From assembly GCA_973895155.1 (NCBI GenBank), contig OZ316891.1, forward strand, positions 15,407,037 through 15,471,036: 64,000 nucleotides of DNA, given 5' to 3'. Positions 13,175 through 24,214 of this stretch are shown here, piece after piece. The notes beneath the pieces were generated by a model. It saw nothing but the letters and a program-made list of their open reading frames with translations, ran no database searches and had not been told where the DNA came from. Both the position numbers and the translations under genes were made by a program. Every line of letters starts with the position of its first letter. Position 1 is the first letter of the stretch. This stretch comes from Marsupella aquatica. Lineage: Eukaryota; Plantae; Marchantiophyta.

Positions 13175-16100
13175 ATGAGTAATGGGGCCCAGCCTCCTGA
13201 TCTTCCACATGGGAGGCGGAAACGCCCTCCGAGAGGGGGTGGTCCACCTAGACAGTGATACCCGAGTGATGATATAGACTATAAGAAGCGACGGAGACCG
13301 GATGCCAAGCCAGAAATCCGGGTCCCACTTGAGAGGTGGGATGAGTGGGAGAAGCTTAGATCTTTGTTAGGACAGGATACCACACACTCTACTGTTGTGA
13401 CATGGTTAGCGAATTTGTCCCAACCTAGAGTTCAGGAGCTCCGCGCATGGCGAGCAGCAGAGGCGAGGCAGTTTCAGCAAGAGAGAGACAGGGGCCAGGC
13501 TTCACAACCACCACTTCAGGTTGGGACACTACTTCATTTCCCCAAGTTTTGCTAAATGTTTAAGGTCTAACTACTAGGTTTATGTTGTTTTAGATGCAAA
13601 ACTATTGCTTAGGGTTTATGTTCATTCCTGTAAATTTTACCTCATACTACTCACATCCAATAATGACAAAACAAAATATAAACCTACCTTCCTAAATGTT
13701 CCTAGGGTCTAACTACTAGGGTTATGTTGTTTTAGATGCAAAACTATTGCTTAGGGTTTATGTTCATTCCTGTAAATTTTACCTCATACTACTCACATCC
13801 AATAATGACAAAACAAAATATAAACCTACCTTCCTAAATGTAAAACTATTGCTTAGGGTTTATGTTTTGCCAAAAATTCCTGTAATATTTACTTCTTTTG
13901 CATGCAAAACTATTGGTTAGGGTTTGGGTTTTTTCCTGAAAAGTTTACCCAGACTACTCACAACAAGACATATATGAATAAAATTGAAACATTGTACTCT
14001 GGTCTAAGTACTCTGGTTTCTATACTCTTTCATTCACAATTATTAGTATGATTGCTTTTACTGACATTCTTTATACACTATATATTATTGGCTAGGGTTT
14101 TATCTATTTTTTGTAATTTGTAGGCTGCAGGCAGGGCTGCATTGGATTCAGATCTTGAATTTGATGTTGACCTCGAGGAGCATATTGCTGAGCAATATGC
14201 ATCAGATGCAGAAGACGAAGCACTTTATCAAGATGATGACCCAGATGCTCTTGCAGCTTTGGGAGCAAATGACATTGTGGATGAGGAAACGACGGTATGA
14301 CTCTTGCCTCTTACATTATGTAAGAAAAAATTGACTTGGACTACAAGTTACACAATGTCTAACATGCATTTGTGGGGTTCTTTTGTCAGGAGGCATTCAA
14401 TGTACCAGACTCCCAGCCTACTGGACCATCGCAAGAGGCAAACCCAACACCATCTCCACTGGCCAGCACTGGGCCTTCTCATATTCTTGACTCTCAGCCT
14501 ACAGGACCTTTGGACCCACAGCCTACTCGTAGAGCAACACCCCGTATGCCAGCGACAGTAGCGTTCTTTGATCGTGAGTTGTTGGGTACATTTGTTGATC
14601 GGCTACTCCCTCGGTGTCATATACATGGTTGTTTGAGGACACCATCAGTTCAGCGAGTGAGAGAGTTACATCAACTCTGGTCAATTCACATTGGTTGTGG
14701 GGAGGATGGACACAATTGGACTTTTGTTACAGGGGAGAATGAGCCTGGGAGGAGTTCTCCTATGATTACACCCAGGTTGTACCATTCCACCCTTTGCTCC
14801 AGCTTGACCTACACCTCCTTGGCTGCTGTTGCCTCACATCTAGGATTACGTGTCCCTACAGCGGCTCATTGGCATGACTTTCAAAGTGGCCGTGGGCGAC
14901 CACGAGGTGGATGGATAGCAGCTGTCAAAGAAGAGTGGGTTGAAAGTAAAAGGCGCATGTGGGAGGAGTTGAAAGACAACATTGACCGGAGGCGGACAAC
15001 TGAGACAGGTTAGTGATGAATTTTGTTATGGTACTTGAGGCTCAATGACTTATTGGCTTGACCAGGTTCACTTGATGTTTCTTACATTGTCCACTTCCTT
15101 TGGCTTATGACAGATCCTGGATTAGTAGTTTATTTAGATACCCGATGGGATTCATCTAGGAGCGGTTTTCATGGTACCACGTCTATTTTGAACGCTGAGG
15201 ATAACAGAGTAATTGAGATGGTCACAATTACTAGGAGGGAGGAGAGAAATGCCTGGTACATGGAGGATAGGGGTACCAAAAAGGCATTAGATAGCTTGAG
15301 AGAGGCAGGGATATCTATCATGGAGGTCATTCATGATGATAAAGCCACTATTGATAATATTGTGGAGGATATGGGGATTAGGAACCAAAAAGACTTGTGG
15401 CATAAGGCAAAGAACCTAGTCAAAAAGTTTGTGGAACAGATGGTGAGTGTCACATACACTGTTACTATTGACATTGATGCTGCCACGTCTCGTTCCCAGC
15501 TCCAAGCAGTTACTACTAAGAGGTTGCAAGATTGGTTGAAAGCACAGGGAGTGAGAGGGTACTCAACCCTCAGGAAGGAGGCCTTGGTCCATAAAGTCGC
15601 CGACATGCGTGGGTTGCCTAATGAGGAGCTAGTACATTTTCAGACTCGTGGTTTAAAGTATCCAGAGTTGTCACAACATAACTTGGCTACAAAGTTCAAG
15701 ACCTGGTTCTATGTATGTTGCCGTCGTTGTAAGACCAGGTAACTTTCATGCATTGTCCTAACTTTGGATGACTTCTTGGATTTTAATTTTATGTGTAATT
15801 GTTATGATATGGGTTGAGTTTAGGGTTGAGAATTGAGTTATTAATGATTTTTGTTTTGCCAGTTTAGGAAATGCAGAGTCATTGGCCTTTGAGTTGGGAA
15901 ATTGTGCCGATCATTGGGCTGGTGATCATGCATTATGTGCAAGACTATCTGATCGACCTTGTCAGCATCTTGGGAACCCTGGAGCCATTCAGCTTGACCG
16001 TTATTATGAGAGAGGTAATAATTGTTGTTACTTATTGCAAGTGTGAATTCATCTGGATTTTATTATATGGTGACTTTATTCACAAATAAGTATACTTATT

Positions 16101-16507
16101 CATCTGGATTTTATTGTACATGGTAATTTAATTGGGATATTTTGCTTACAGGTTCTGAGACTCATGTAGCGATGCAAAAGTTCATGAAGAAGTATTTTAC
16201 TCCCACAAAGATGAGGTTTTATACCATGGCTCGGGAGAACTTCATGTCCGAGACCTACCACTCTGTGATGGGCAAGTATGCCATCAAGCGTATTCATTTC
16301 TCGGCTAGTCATGAGGCTCGCTTATGTTGTACTGCCTTGGACTGGAATGAGAATATTCGTCGGCATGTGTGGAAGGTATATGATCGCACGCCTGTGAACA
16401 CAGCTGTTAGGGAGCGCCCTGGTTGAACGCGAGTACTGGTGGATCGGACCACCAGTTGGAAGGACCGAACGAGTGAGCGCATTTATGGAGTATCACCTCC
16501 GGCTTAG
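13175..16507 (+). pseudogene. Spliced Kolobok-type DDE transposase (6 predicted exons; two TGA codons probably from CGA)
   Basis: Approximate exons 13175-13519, 14124-14294, 14390-15008, 15113-15738, 15863-16014, 16152-16507, with GT-AG introns. Motifs: YLDTRWDS (D1), YMEDRG, VIHDD (D2), KDLWHKAK (DxxH), HWAGDHALC, SETYHS (E), KYAIKR..F...ARL..ALDWNEN. Stops at 13256 and 16424. Confidence 0.8.
13553..13920. repeat. ~142-bp tandem repeat in intron 1 of the transposase
   Basis: aaaactattgcttagggtttatgtt recurs three times; two nearly full units plus partial copies. Confidence 0.85.
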
Positions 16508-17660
16508 AACCCAGATTAAAGTATTGAGGTAACTGAATTTTCCCAGTGGCAATGTAAGAAGATTGTTATGTGTTGATGATAATTGAAATTAAATCTTTAT
16601 TTGGTATAATTATGTGGGTCATGTTCAGGATAATTGAGCTGTGGTCAACATAGTGGTCAGTATACTTATGGAGTGGTGCCTCCATGAAAGACCTCGGCTA
16701 ACATACTTCATGTGAGTATAGGCAATAAAATTAGTTGATTGAAATAGGTTTCATTTTACTGTAAAGATGGTTGTCATTGTGTACCTCTAAAATGGTTGTC
16801 ATTGTTGCAGGGGTGATTCTCTTGAGGAGGGCCGAGACCTGACTAGAAAAATGATGACCTGACACCAGTAGTATTGGGCTTTCTTTTAGAGCTAGTACAA
16901 GTTGGGACTCAAGGCAAGAGCTATGGATGGAGCTTTTGACTCTCATATGACAGCTAAACAAAACATTGAAATTTTTATTTTGTCTTTTTGGTGTCATTTT
17001 GTGAGTGATGTTGTAACTATGAAGATGCTTATTGTGGTCAAACAAATCTGAAGGAGTTTATTCTACTTTGTTGTCTTGGTGTTCTTTTGTGAGTGATGTT
17101 GTAATTTGAAGGTGCTTATTGTGGTCATACAAATGTGAAGGTGTTTATTGTGGTAGAACAATATTAGAGACTACAAGGAGCCAAGTTTGGAGGGTGCCAT
17201 TTAGAGACTCCAATGAGCCAAATTTTTAGGGTGCCATTTTAGAGGCTCCAATGAGCTGTAACTACAAGGGGTAATGCAATGCAATTTGAACATAAAACAA
17301 TGAGTGTTTGGTGATAAAAGTTGTTTGTCATGCACAGTATTCGTATTCAGACATAGTAGAGTTTACAAAAAAAGTGACTCAAGAACCCTTTCTGTGGTGT
17401 AGCATGTACTACCAAGTTTTGAGAGGTGCAATGGGAAGGAAGAAATGAAGATATATAATATACAAGGGAGAATGTAAACAAGATAGCAAAAACTGTTTCT
17501 AATGCAAATTTGTTATTGTGTTCCTGTAACATGTACTCCCAAGGGGAATTGAACCCCTTATGTTGCCAACCAGCAGGAGTTGTATTCTGCAAAAAACTTT
17601 ATTAGTCATATCAAACATTGAAACAAAATCATGAAGTATGGCAGAAGCCTCTCTAATCCC

Positions 17661-18059
17661 CTAATTAGGAAGGAATCCTACGAATTCCTCTCCTTCATCA
17701 TGCCAAGTTGCTTTCACAGAAGCTTCAACCGGTTCAGGAAACTTAGTTCTATCAGCATACCCTGCTACATATGCCAAGTGAGTGTAGACTTGGTATCTTT
17801 TTCGTCTCATAACAGTTTCAACATAACTATATGCAGCGCACATGATCAACTGTTCAATTGGGACTACGGGGTTGAGATCATCGTGACACTCTGTAACTGC
17901 GGTACAAAAATCTGGAAAATCAGCGTGGACCTCTTGCACAGTGACAGTCCGCATAGTGGGTGGAGTGCCCTCAACATCACTAGGATCCTGCCAGGTGAGA
18001 TTGTAGATCCCATTGCCATTTTCAGTCAACATGGCTCTCAATTTTCGTGGCGGGGCCAT
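17661..18059 (-). CDS. KolX-like accessory protein (~132 aa; P2X7 ballast/Zcd-like C-terminal motif)
   Basis: Likely start MAPPRKL at 18059, just after a candidate splice acceptor. The C-terminus RRKRYQVYTHLAYVAGYADRTKFPEPVEASVKATWHDEGEEFVGF fits the R.R..AY......G...R...P.CV...IR..FP.....Y.GF pattern. It is convergent with the transposase. Confidence 0.7.
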   Translation of the reverse strand: MAPPRKLRAMLTENGNGIYNLTWQDPSDVEGTPPTMRTVTVQEVHADFPDFCTAVTECHDDLNPVVPIEQLIMCAAYSYVETVMRRKRYQVYTHLAYVAGYADRTKFPEPVEASVKATWHDEGEEFVGFLPN

Positions 18060-19620
18060 CTTCCTGACACAATACCAATCATATTCACATGTCACTTGCT
18101 GCTCTTGACCAACATTAGCAACGAATGTAAATTGAAAATGAGACCCTGTTGTCACGGCAAAAATAGCAGCATCAACACCAAAAAATCTCACAGCACTTTC
18201 AACAACTGAAATGGCAGCAACAGTGGGGAGAAATCCTCGAAGAAAGCTCATAGCCAAAATCAGAGCACCAAGAGCAGAACTCCTGGTAGCACTACCTTGC
18301 CACTGAAATCCAACAAGCAACAAAGAGAAATCCACAACACCAAAGGCAGCACCAAGACCTGCAATGCTCACAACTGAATCGCTCCAACATCCGAGAGAAA
18401 TGCACAACAACAATTGCAACATAGAAATCTGAAATCCTCACAGCAGAGAGCGCAACATAGACATATGAGAAACTGCAGCAACTCGCAGCTGAAATTCTAT
18501 GAACAGAAATGGCAGCAATAGCAGAAGAAATGAAGCACAAACCTGAGCAAAGAATGATCAGGCCCAATCGGTATCTCAAACTCGGGCAAAGCTCGGGCAA
18601 AAAGCTCACGCACTCGCAGCAAGAGCATCCAAATCGTAGCCTCAACTCCTGGAGCAAAAATCTGAGTAGTATATTGAAAGGGGAACTCCACCCAGGCCAC
18701 AATAGAATCGAATGAGCACAAGCAAGGCTCACAAACAGCAGCACAGGCTCTGCATCTTCCTGTCGAGCTGAAGGGCAAGAAACAACAACAGTTCTCTCCA
18801 ATTTGAGCTGAAATGATCAGGAGAAATCGAGACAAAATGATGAGGAGAAATGAATTGAAAAACGATCAGCAACCAATAAGCTATGGCATCACAAAGCATA
18901 GCAAGCTTGGCAGCAAGGCAAGCTGCTTTGTTTCCCCATGCTATGGCAGCGAGTCCAGCAGTAGACAATGAGTGGGAGGAGCAGCAAGCAAGCGAGTTCA
19001 GCAGCAGGCAAGTAGCGAGGATGGCTGCAAGGTAAGCAGGATTCAATAAGATAACGAGGTTGGCATCGAGTTGAGCAGCTGGCTATGGCAGACCGGATGT
19101 CTTGGGAGCGGTGGCAGTGAGTCGAGCAGCAGGTGAGCAGCAGGCAAGCAAGTCAAGCAACAGGAGAGCAAGTCGAAAGTAGGCGAGCAAGTCGAACAGC
19201 ATGCGAGAAAGTTGAGCAGCGAGGTTTGCAGCAAGTCGAGGAGTAGGCTCGCAGCTAGCTATGGCCGCCACTAAATCTTGGCAGCAATGGCAAGTCGAAC
19301 GCGAGCGAGGCGACGAGGAGGCGAGTGAGTCTCACAGCATCTCTTGGCAGCGAGGTTGGTGCTCGCAGCTGGCTATGGCAGCCAGCCCATCTTGGCTCCT
19401 TGCAGCAACGGCCGCTGCTACCAAGTGCTAGGGCTGGGAGGGGGGCTGCAGGGAGGGGGGAGCGCTGCAACGACCGGGAGGGCTGCACCGGGTGAGGCAC
19501 GGGTGAGACCAGGGCACCCTGCGCTCTGCCTGACCTGGGCAGAGTGGCCCGTACGCGCGGGCAGGCTTGGGGGGCCTTTATACCCCGAGTGGTGGTTTAA
19601 GGTAGTCGAGTTCCACGACT

Positions 19621-20440
19621 CACAATCAGCATGTCATCCACATAGATAACCAGAATGATGAAACCAAATACATCATTCTTGTCTGATTTCGTATACACAC
19701 AAGGATCATACATCATCCTTGTAAAACCTTGAGCAAGCATGAAATCATCAAACCGCTTGTTCCACTGTCTAGGAGATTGCTTCAATCCATACAAGGACTT
19801 GAGCAATCTACAAACTAAGTTCTCTTGGCCCTTCTTCATAAAGCCTAGTGGCTGTCTCATGAAGATCATCTCTTCCAAGTTGCCATAGAGAAAAGCAGTA
19901 ACAACATCCATCTGATCCATCACCAGACCAAAATATAGAACAAGTTGACACGAGATTCGAATTGTGGAATATTTTGCCACCGGTGAAAAGACCTCATTGT
20001 AATCCACTCCTTTCTTCTGAGTGAATCCCTTGGCAACAAGCCTTGCCTTTTAGATCTTGTCTCCACCCTCTGAAGGACTGTCCTTCAACTTGTAAATCCT
20101 GCAGCTTGCTCCTTTCCTTGAGCCTGAGGCTCATCAAGAGAGACTTCTTGTACAGCCAGTCTGACGCATCTTCCCGCAGTACTTCTCTCTTAGAGCCTTG
20201 AATATTGACGCGCAATCCGCATAATCATCATGCTTCTTGATGATGTGCGGCTTGAGATAAAACATCACTGCATTGACAACAATCACCTGCTTTTATCTCC
20301 ACTGCTTTTCTGAGATCTTCTCTGAGATCTCCTCTTCTCCATCATACTGTTCTCGCGAAGAGAGTAGATGAAATAAGCCCATGGCCCGTAGAACACCCTT
20401 CACTTGCTTCTCCCATAGCAAGTAATCAGTACGACCATCG
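19621..20440 (-). pseudogene. Copia A gag N-terminus fused by deletion to the RT N-terminus
   Basis: gag (KFEVEKYDG..LWEKQV, LYKKSL) runs directly into IYKLK..KARLVAKGF..DYNEVFSPV..QMDVVTAFL..YVDD near 20098. Zinc knuckle, protease and integrase are absent. Confidence 0.88.
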
Positions 20441-22089
20441 TACTTCTCCACCTCAAACTTTACTCCTCCAAATCTAGCCATCTCCCTCTTCTTCCCTACT
20501 ACTGACAGCTCTAGTAGTAGTACAGCTTCCTCCACTGCACGCCGCACCGGTGATCGTACCAATGACACTAGTTCTTCCTCAAACGGTAGTAGCTCCTCCT
20601 CAGACTCTCCGTCTGACCATCGCGATCCTGAAGCTCCACCGATGCCAATTCTTCTAGTATCCTCTGAGTCACTCATATGAAACAATCACGAAAAAACGTT
20701 TTTTTTTGAAATTTCTCATAAAACTCAAAACTCAACATCACCGCATAGCCCACAAAGGTAGGAGTTCAATACTGAAAGCCGAAATCAAAATCAAAATTCG
20801 ACGGAAAAGTTATTCAAATTTTGGTCGGGGTGGGTAAAACCTTGGGAAACTCCCCCATTTTGACCACCTCAGAGAAAAACCAAAATACCCAGTACAACCT
20901 GTCGTCGGAATCACAATGTGATCAGTGCGCCGCGTTGCCAACTTCAATGGCTACCACCACGCCGAAAAAGAACCAAAAAAGTTGTCACCTGCTTATCAAA
21001 CGATTTACACAACAAATACGTGTTTCCTCATACTAAAATCGTTTGTTATCGTATGACGGGAACGTGGAGGGACGCTATTAGGATTCTATTGCATGTAGGA
21101 TGAGTATGTTTGATTCTACTCCCAGAAGTGTAATTTTTGATCAAGTCTACCGACTAGCCCCTCTGCTTTTGATCAAGTCCCATGGACTACGCCACACACA
21201 CACTCCTACTGGTCGCTGGTGGAGTGTTGTCACCACCCCCCCTACTCACACAGTCGACCAATCCGTGCAAGTATTCCTTAGACACTTCTTGGGAAAGAAC
21301 ACAATCGTGAGCCGAAAAAGATAACGCCACAACAAAACTTGAGGAATCAAACGAAATCCATATCTTTTGGCAAAAAGTGGTAACACATTGCAAGGACAAC
21401 CCAGCCTCCTGCCGTCTGCCCAACTCCTGCCTCACTGGGGCAAGCGCTACACCTCTACCTCACTACTCTGGCTTGAATTCCCCTTCTGGCTATGAGCTAA
21501 CTTCTCTAACACCAACACTAGACTGAGTTCCCCCCCCGTCACTACTCTGGGGCTTTCCCCCTAAATACTCAAAATAACCCACCAAAGCACCCCTCACGGG
21601 GTCACAAGGATGGCGGCTTACCCGAGCGGCGCCGCTAAACCCTTCACTAAGAAACCCCTAAACTAAAAGCATGCGTCACACACATGCTTCTAAAACCCTA
21701 AACCCTAAACTAACAATGGGACCGACGGTGCCTTCGACAGCGCCCCAACATTACTCCGTGAACCATGAAATTGCAAGGAACCCAATAATGGCCGAAACTA
21801 GGTGCCCTTCCACCTGCACTTCTGAGTTCACCCCTGGATAGCCTTCCTCCTCCTGATCATGAATCACTCAACCGTTCTTGAAACGGACAACGGACGACCA
21901 AGTTATGGCCGTTTCAGTATCCCGTAAACCCAACTTTGTTGGGCCCTAACTTGCTCATCCTGGCTCCGTTTGAGGAGCGCCGCCTCTTGTTGGAATCAGC
22001 TCCGCGAGCTCTTTCCAACAAGCCTGTGAGTGACCTCTCACAAAAAAGTTGGAAAGTCAAGGGGCCGTACAATCACGTCCGTACGACTA

Positions 22090-23841
22090 CTACTCCTCCT
22101 CCTCTTCACTCATGGTGCCCTGGCTTGAGCCCCGTGAGTGGGCCTCCTCATCACTCTCCACTGGAGTGAGTGCCACTTCACTCCTCTTCTTCTTCACCGG
22201 GGTACTCCTTGTGCTAGTGCTCCCTTGTTTCCTCAAATTGGCCAAGGCCTGCCACGCCTTAATGTACCCCTCACCAATGGTGTTCTTCCATAAGGCCGCC
22301 TCTTCACCGGACCGCAACTCCAACGGTAAAACCTGCCCGGTGGCCATGGGAGTCCCAGGGGTGACAGATCGGGGTGGCATCCCCGAGGTCCCCGTGTTGA
22401 CCTGAGCTTCTCGTAACGATTTACGTACCTCCTTGAGCTTCTTCTCTAAGCTCTTGCTCTTCTCTTGACTCTTCTTGGCTGCATCCAACAGGGGTCCATA
22501 CTTCCCACTGATTTCCTTCACCACCATCTCAATGGCCCTGGAGATCAAATTCGGGGAAAGTGTGGGGCTAGGTGTGCAGGGGCTCTTCCGTTTCCCCAGA
22601 CTCAAGGCCTCACTCCTCTTAGCCCTTGTCTCAAAGATCACCATTTGACTCCGTAGTGCTCCCACCTGGGCTCTTAACTCCACCACTTCTCCAGAATTCT
22701 GCTTCTCTTTGGCCAGTGCCTGTTTCAATACTCCAACCTCTTCCGCTTCCTTGGCCTTGGTGGACAAGGCTCCTTTCAAGTTGGAGATCTCTACGTGAGC
22801 TGCTTGGAGAAGCTTAACCTTCTCATGAATGACCTCCTCCTTGGCCTTGATCACCTCCTTCATAGACAGGGCACTCTGCTCCAAAGTCTCTACTCTGGCG
22901 GTGGCCTGCTTGAGAGAATCTCTCAATGTGTGGCCTAGCTTGAGTCCCTCATGGACTCCCTCCCAAAAATCCCGTAACTCCGCCAGGTAGACATCAGGAA
23001 TGTCGTAGACCAGGGGCTCCTTCGGATTTCCCACAAGTGATTCAAGCCACTCCAATGTGGAGTCCTCATCCTGGTTTTCTTCCTCTCTATTATCATCCCC
23101 AACTGCCGATGATGATCCCTCCGTTAGTTTCCCCAAGATGGTAGTGGCAATACTCCTGATTTCCGTGGTAAGGGATGATCCAAAGTCTTCTTGTCCCAGG
23201 GAAACAATCCACCCTTCTGCTATGGCCAGCAAAAATGACCCCATCAAATGTACAGCCCCACCTGGTTTCACACTCCCGGGATCGGCGTCCAATAGCTTCT
23301 TCAACCCGTAGTACCACCATCCGTACACATGGGCTGGATAGTTCTTGATGTCCATAGCTACCACGAAATGCTCTCCATTCACCACCCCGGATTGTACGTT
23401 ACCAAGGATCCGTTGATGAACCTTGGCCAGAAATCCCTTGTGCTCAGCATCCTTGACGGCGGAAAGAGGAATGGAAGTAGTGGAGGTGGGATTAATCACC
23501 CAACCGGCCACCATTGTCAACGTGAGCTCTCCCCTTATGTTCCGCGGTGTGAATGAGAATTGCTGGTTCTCCAGAAACAAAAGCTTAGCTAACTCCACAT
23601 GGGGCACTACCCATTGGAGACATTCAAAGTAGATTCTTTCCGTACGTAACTCCATCCCGGCCTCAATGTTCCAATTCTTCCCCGAAAGGATTGTAATCTC
23701 CACCTTCATGAACTCCGTGAGCCCGGTGGCTTGAAAAATATTCCTACAATCCTCCATCACCTTGGCGGAGGTTTTGGGATAAATTCGACGGAAAACCTTC
23801 CTACTCACCGGTGTGGAACTTGCCGCCAGCCCAGTACTCAT
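22090..23841 (-). CDS. Uncharacterised transposon-associated protein (~583 aa from the first ATG): globular N-domain, acidic linker, long coiled coil
   Basis: Uninterrupted 1.78-kb ORF. Heptad-like E/K/L-rich segment (LKQATARVETLEQ...VELRAQVGAL). It lies between the PBS and gag of Copia A, on the same strand. Confidence 0.7.
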   Translation of the reverse strand: MSTGLAASSTPVSRKVFRRIYPKTSAKVMEDCRNIFQATGLTEFMKVEITILSGKNWNIEAGMELRTERIYFECLQWVVPHVELAKLLFLENQQFSFTPRNIRGELTLTMVAGWVINPTSTTSIPLSAVKDAEHKGFLAKVHQRILGNVQSGVVNGEHFVVAMDIKNYPAHVYGWWYYGLKKLLDADPGSVKPGGAVHLMGSFLLAIAEGWIVSLGQEDFGSSLTTEIRSIATTILGKLTEGSSSAVGDDNREEENQDEDSTLEWLESLVGNPKEPLVYDIPDVYLAELRDFWEGVHEGLKLGHTLRDSLKQATARVETLEQSALSMKEVIKAKEEVIHEKVKLLQAAHVEISNLKGALSTKAKEAEEVGVLKQALAKEKQNSGEVVELRAQVGALRSQMVIFETRAKRSEALSLGKRKSPCTPSPTLSPNLISRAIEMVVKEISGKYGPLLDAAKKSQEKSKSLEKKLKEVRKSLREAQVNTGTSGMPPRSVTPGTPMATGQVLPLELRSGEEAALWKNTIGEGYIKAWQALANLRKQGSTSTRSTPVKKKRSEVALTPVESDEEAHSRGSSQGTMSEEEEE

Positions 23842-23927
23842 CGTAGCTTTTCTCTCTTCTCTCTCTTGCAATCAATGTCTCAACGTAGTCATGGTAAGCA
23901 GCCTTGTATCTCCGAACGCGTGCCGCA

Positions 23928-24214
23928 CTCGGGGGGTTGACTATAAAAAATCTTAGGAACCACGTGCGATCCAAAATATGTATTTTGGATAGAACTTAAC
24001 TAAATTTTTAAAAAGCGTAGGAGACAAAAGAAGGTATTATAAACTCATGTTTATAGAATATTCTCTAATATATACCTTTTATAAAGTAAAATAGGTTATT
24101 AATATTGAAAATAGAGAATATTCTTGGAATATTTTCTTTATAAAATAGGTCTATTTATATTAGGCTAGGATCGCACGTGGTACCCCAAAATATACACTTA
24201 GTTAACCCCCAGAG
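23928..24214. mobile_element. MITE, 287 bp, 16-bp imperfect TIR, 8-bp TSD
   Basis: TIR ctcggggggttgacta / tagttaacccccagag. TSD GTGCCGCA at 23920-23927 and 24215-24222. Inner inverted repeat accacgtgcgatcc / ggatcgcacgtggt. AT-rich core. Confidence 0.9.

Larger units (their letters stand above)
3406..19620. mobile_element. Kolobok-like DNA transposon (~8.9 kb net of nested Copia B)
   Basis: CACAA at 3401-3405 and 19621-19625. Imperfect terminal inverted repeats: agtggtggacctagccacc versus the reverse complement agtcgtggaactcgactacc. Removal restores the Copia A RT frame. It encodes a DDE transposase (+) and a convergent KolX-like ORF (-). Confidence 0.75.

Noticed and set aside
18060-19600. 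N-terminal extension of the 253-aa ORF and neighbouring L/C/A-rich ORFs
   Set aside because: They derive from gcagca/agca-rich simple sequence; a splice acceptor-like site precedes the ATG at 18059.
3406-19620. Polinton/Maverick, suggested by AGT..ACT ends and size
   Set aside because: No pPolB, retroviral-type integrase, ATPase or capsid ORFs; TIRs are short; 7.3 kb of the length is a nested Copia.
21371-21390. caaaa-agtggt as the left end of a second AGT..ACT element around the 593-aa ORF
   Set aside because: No convincing matching right TIR with a CAAAA duplication found downstream.
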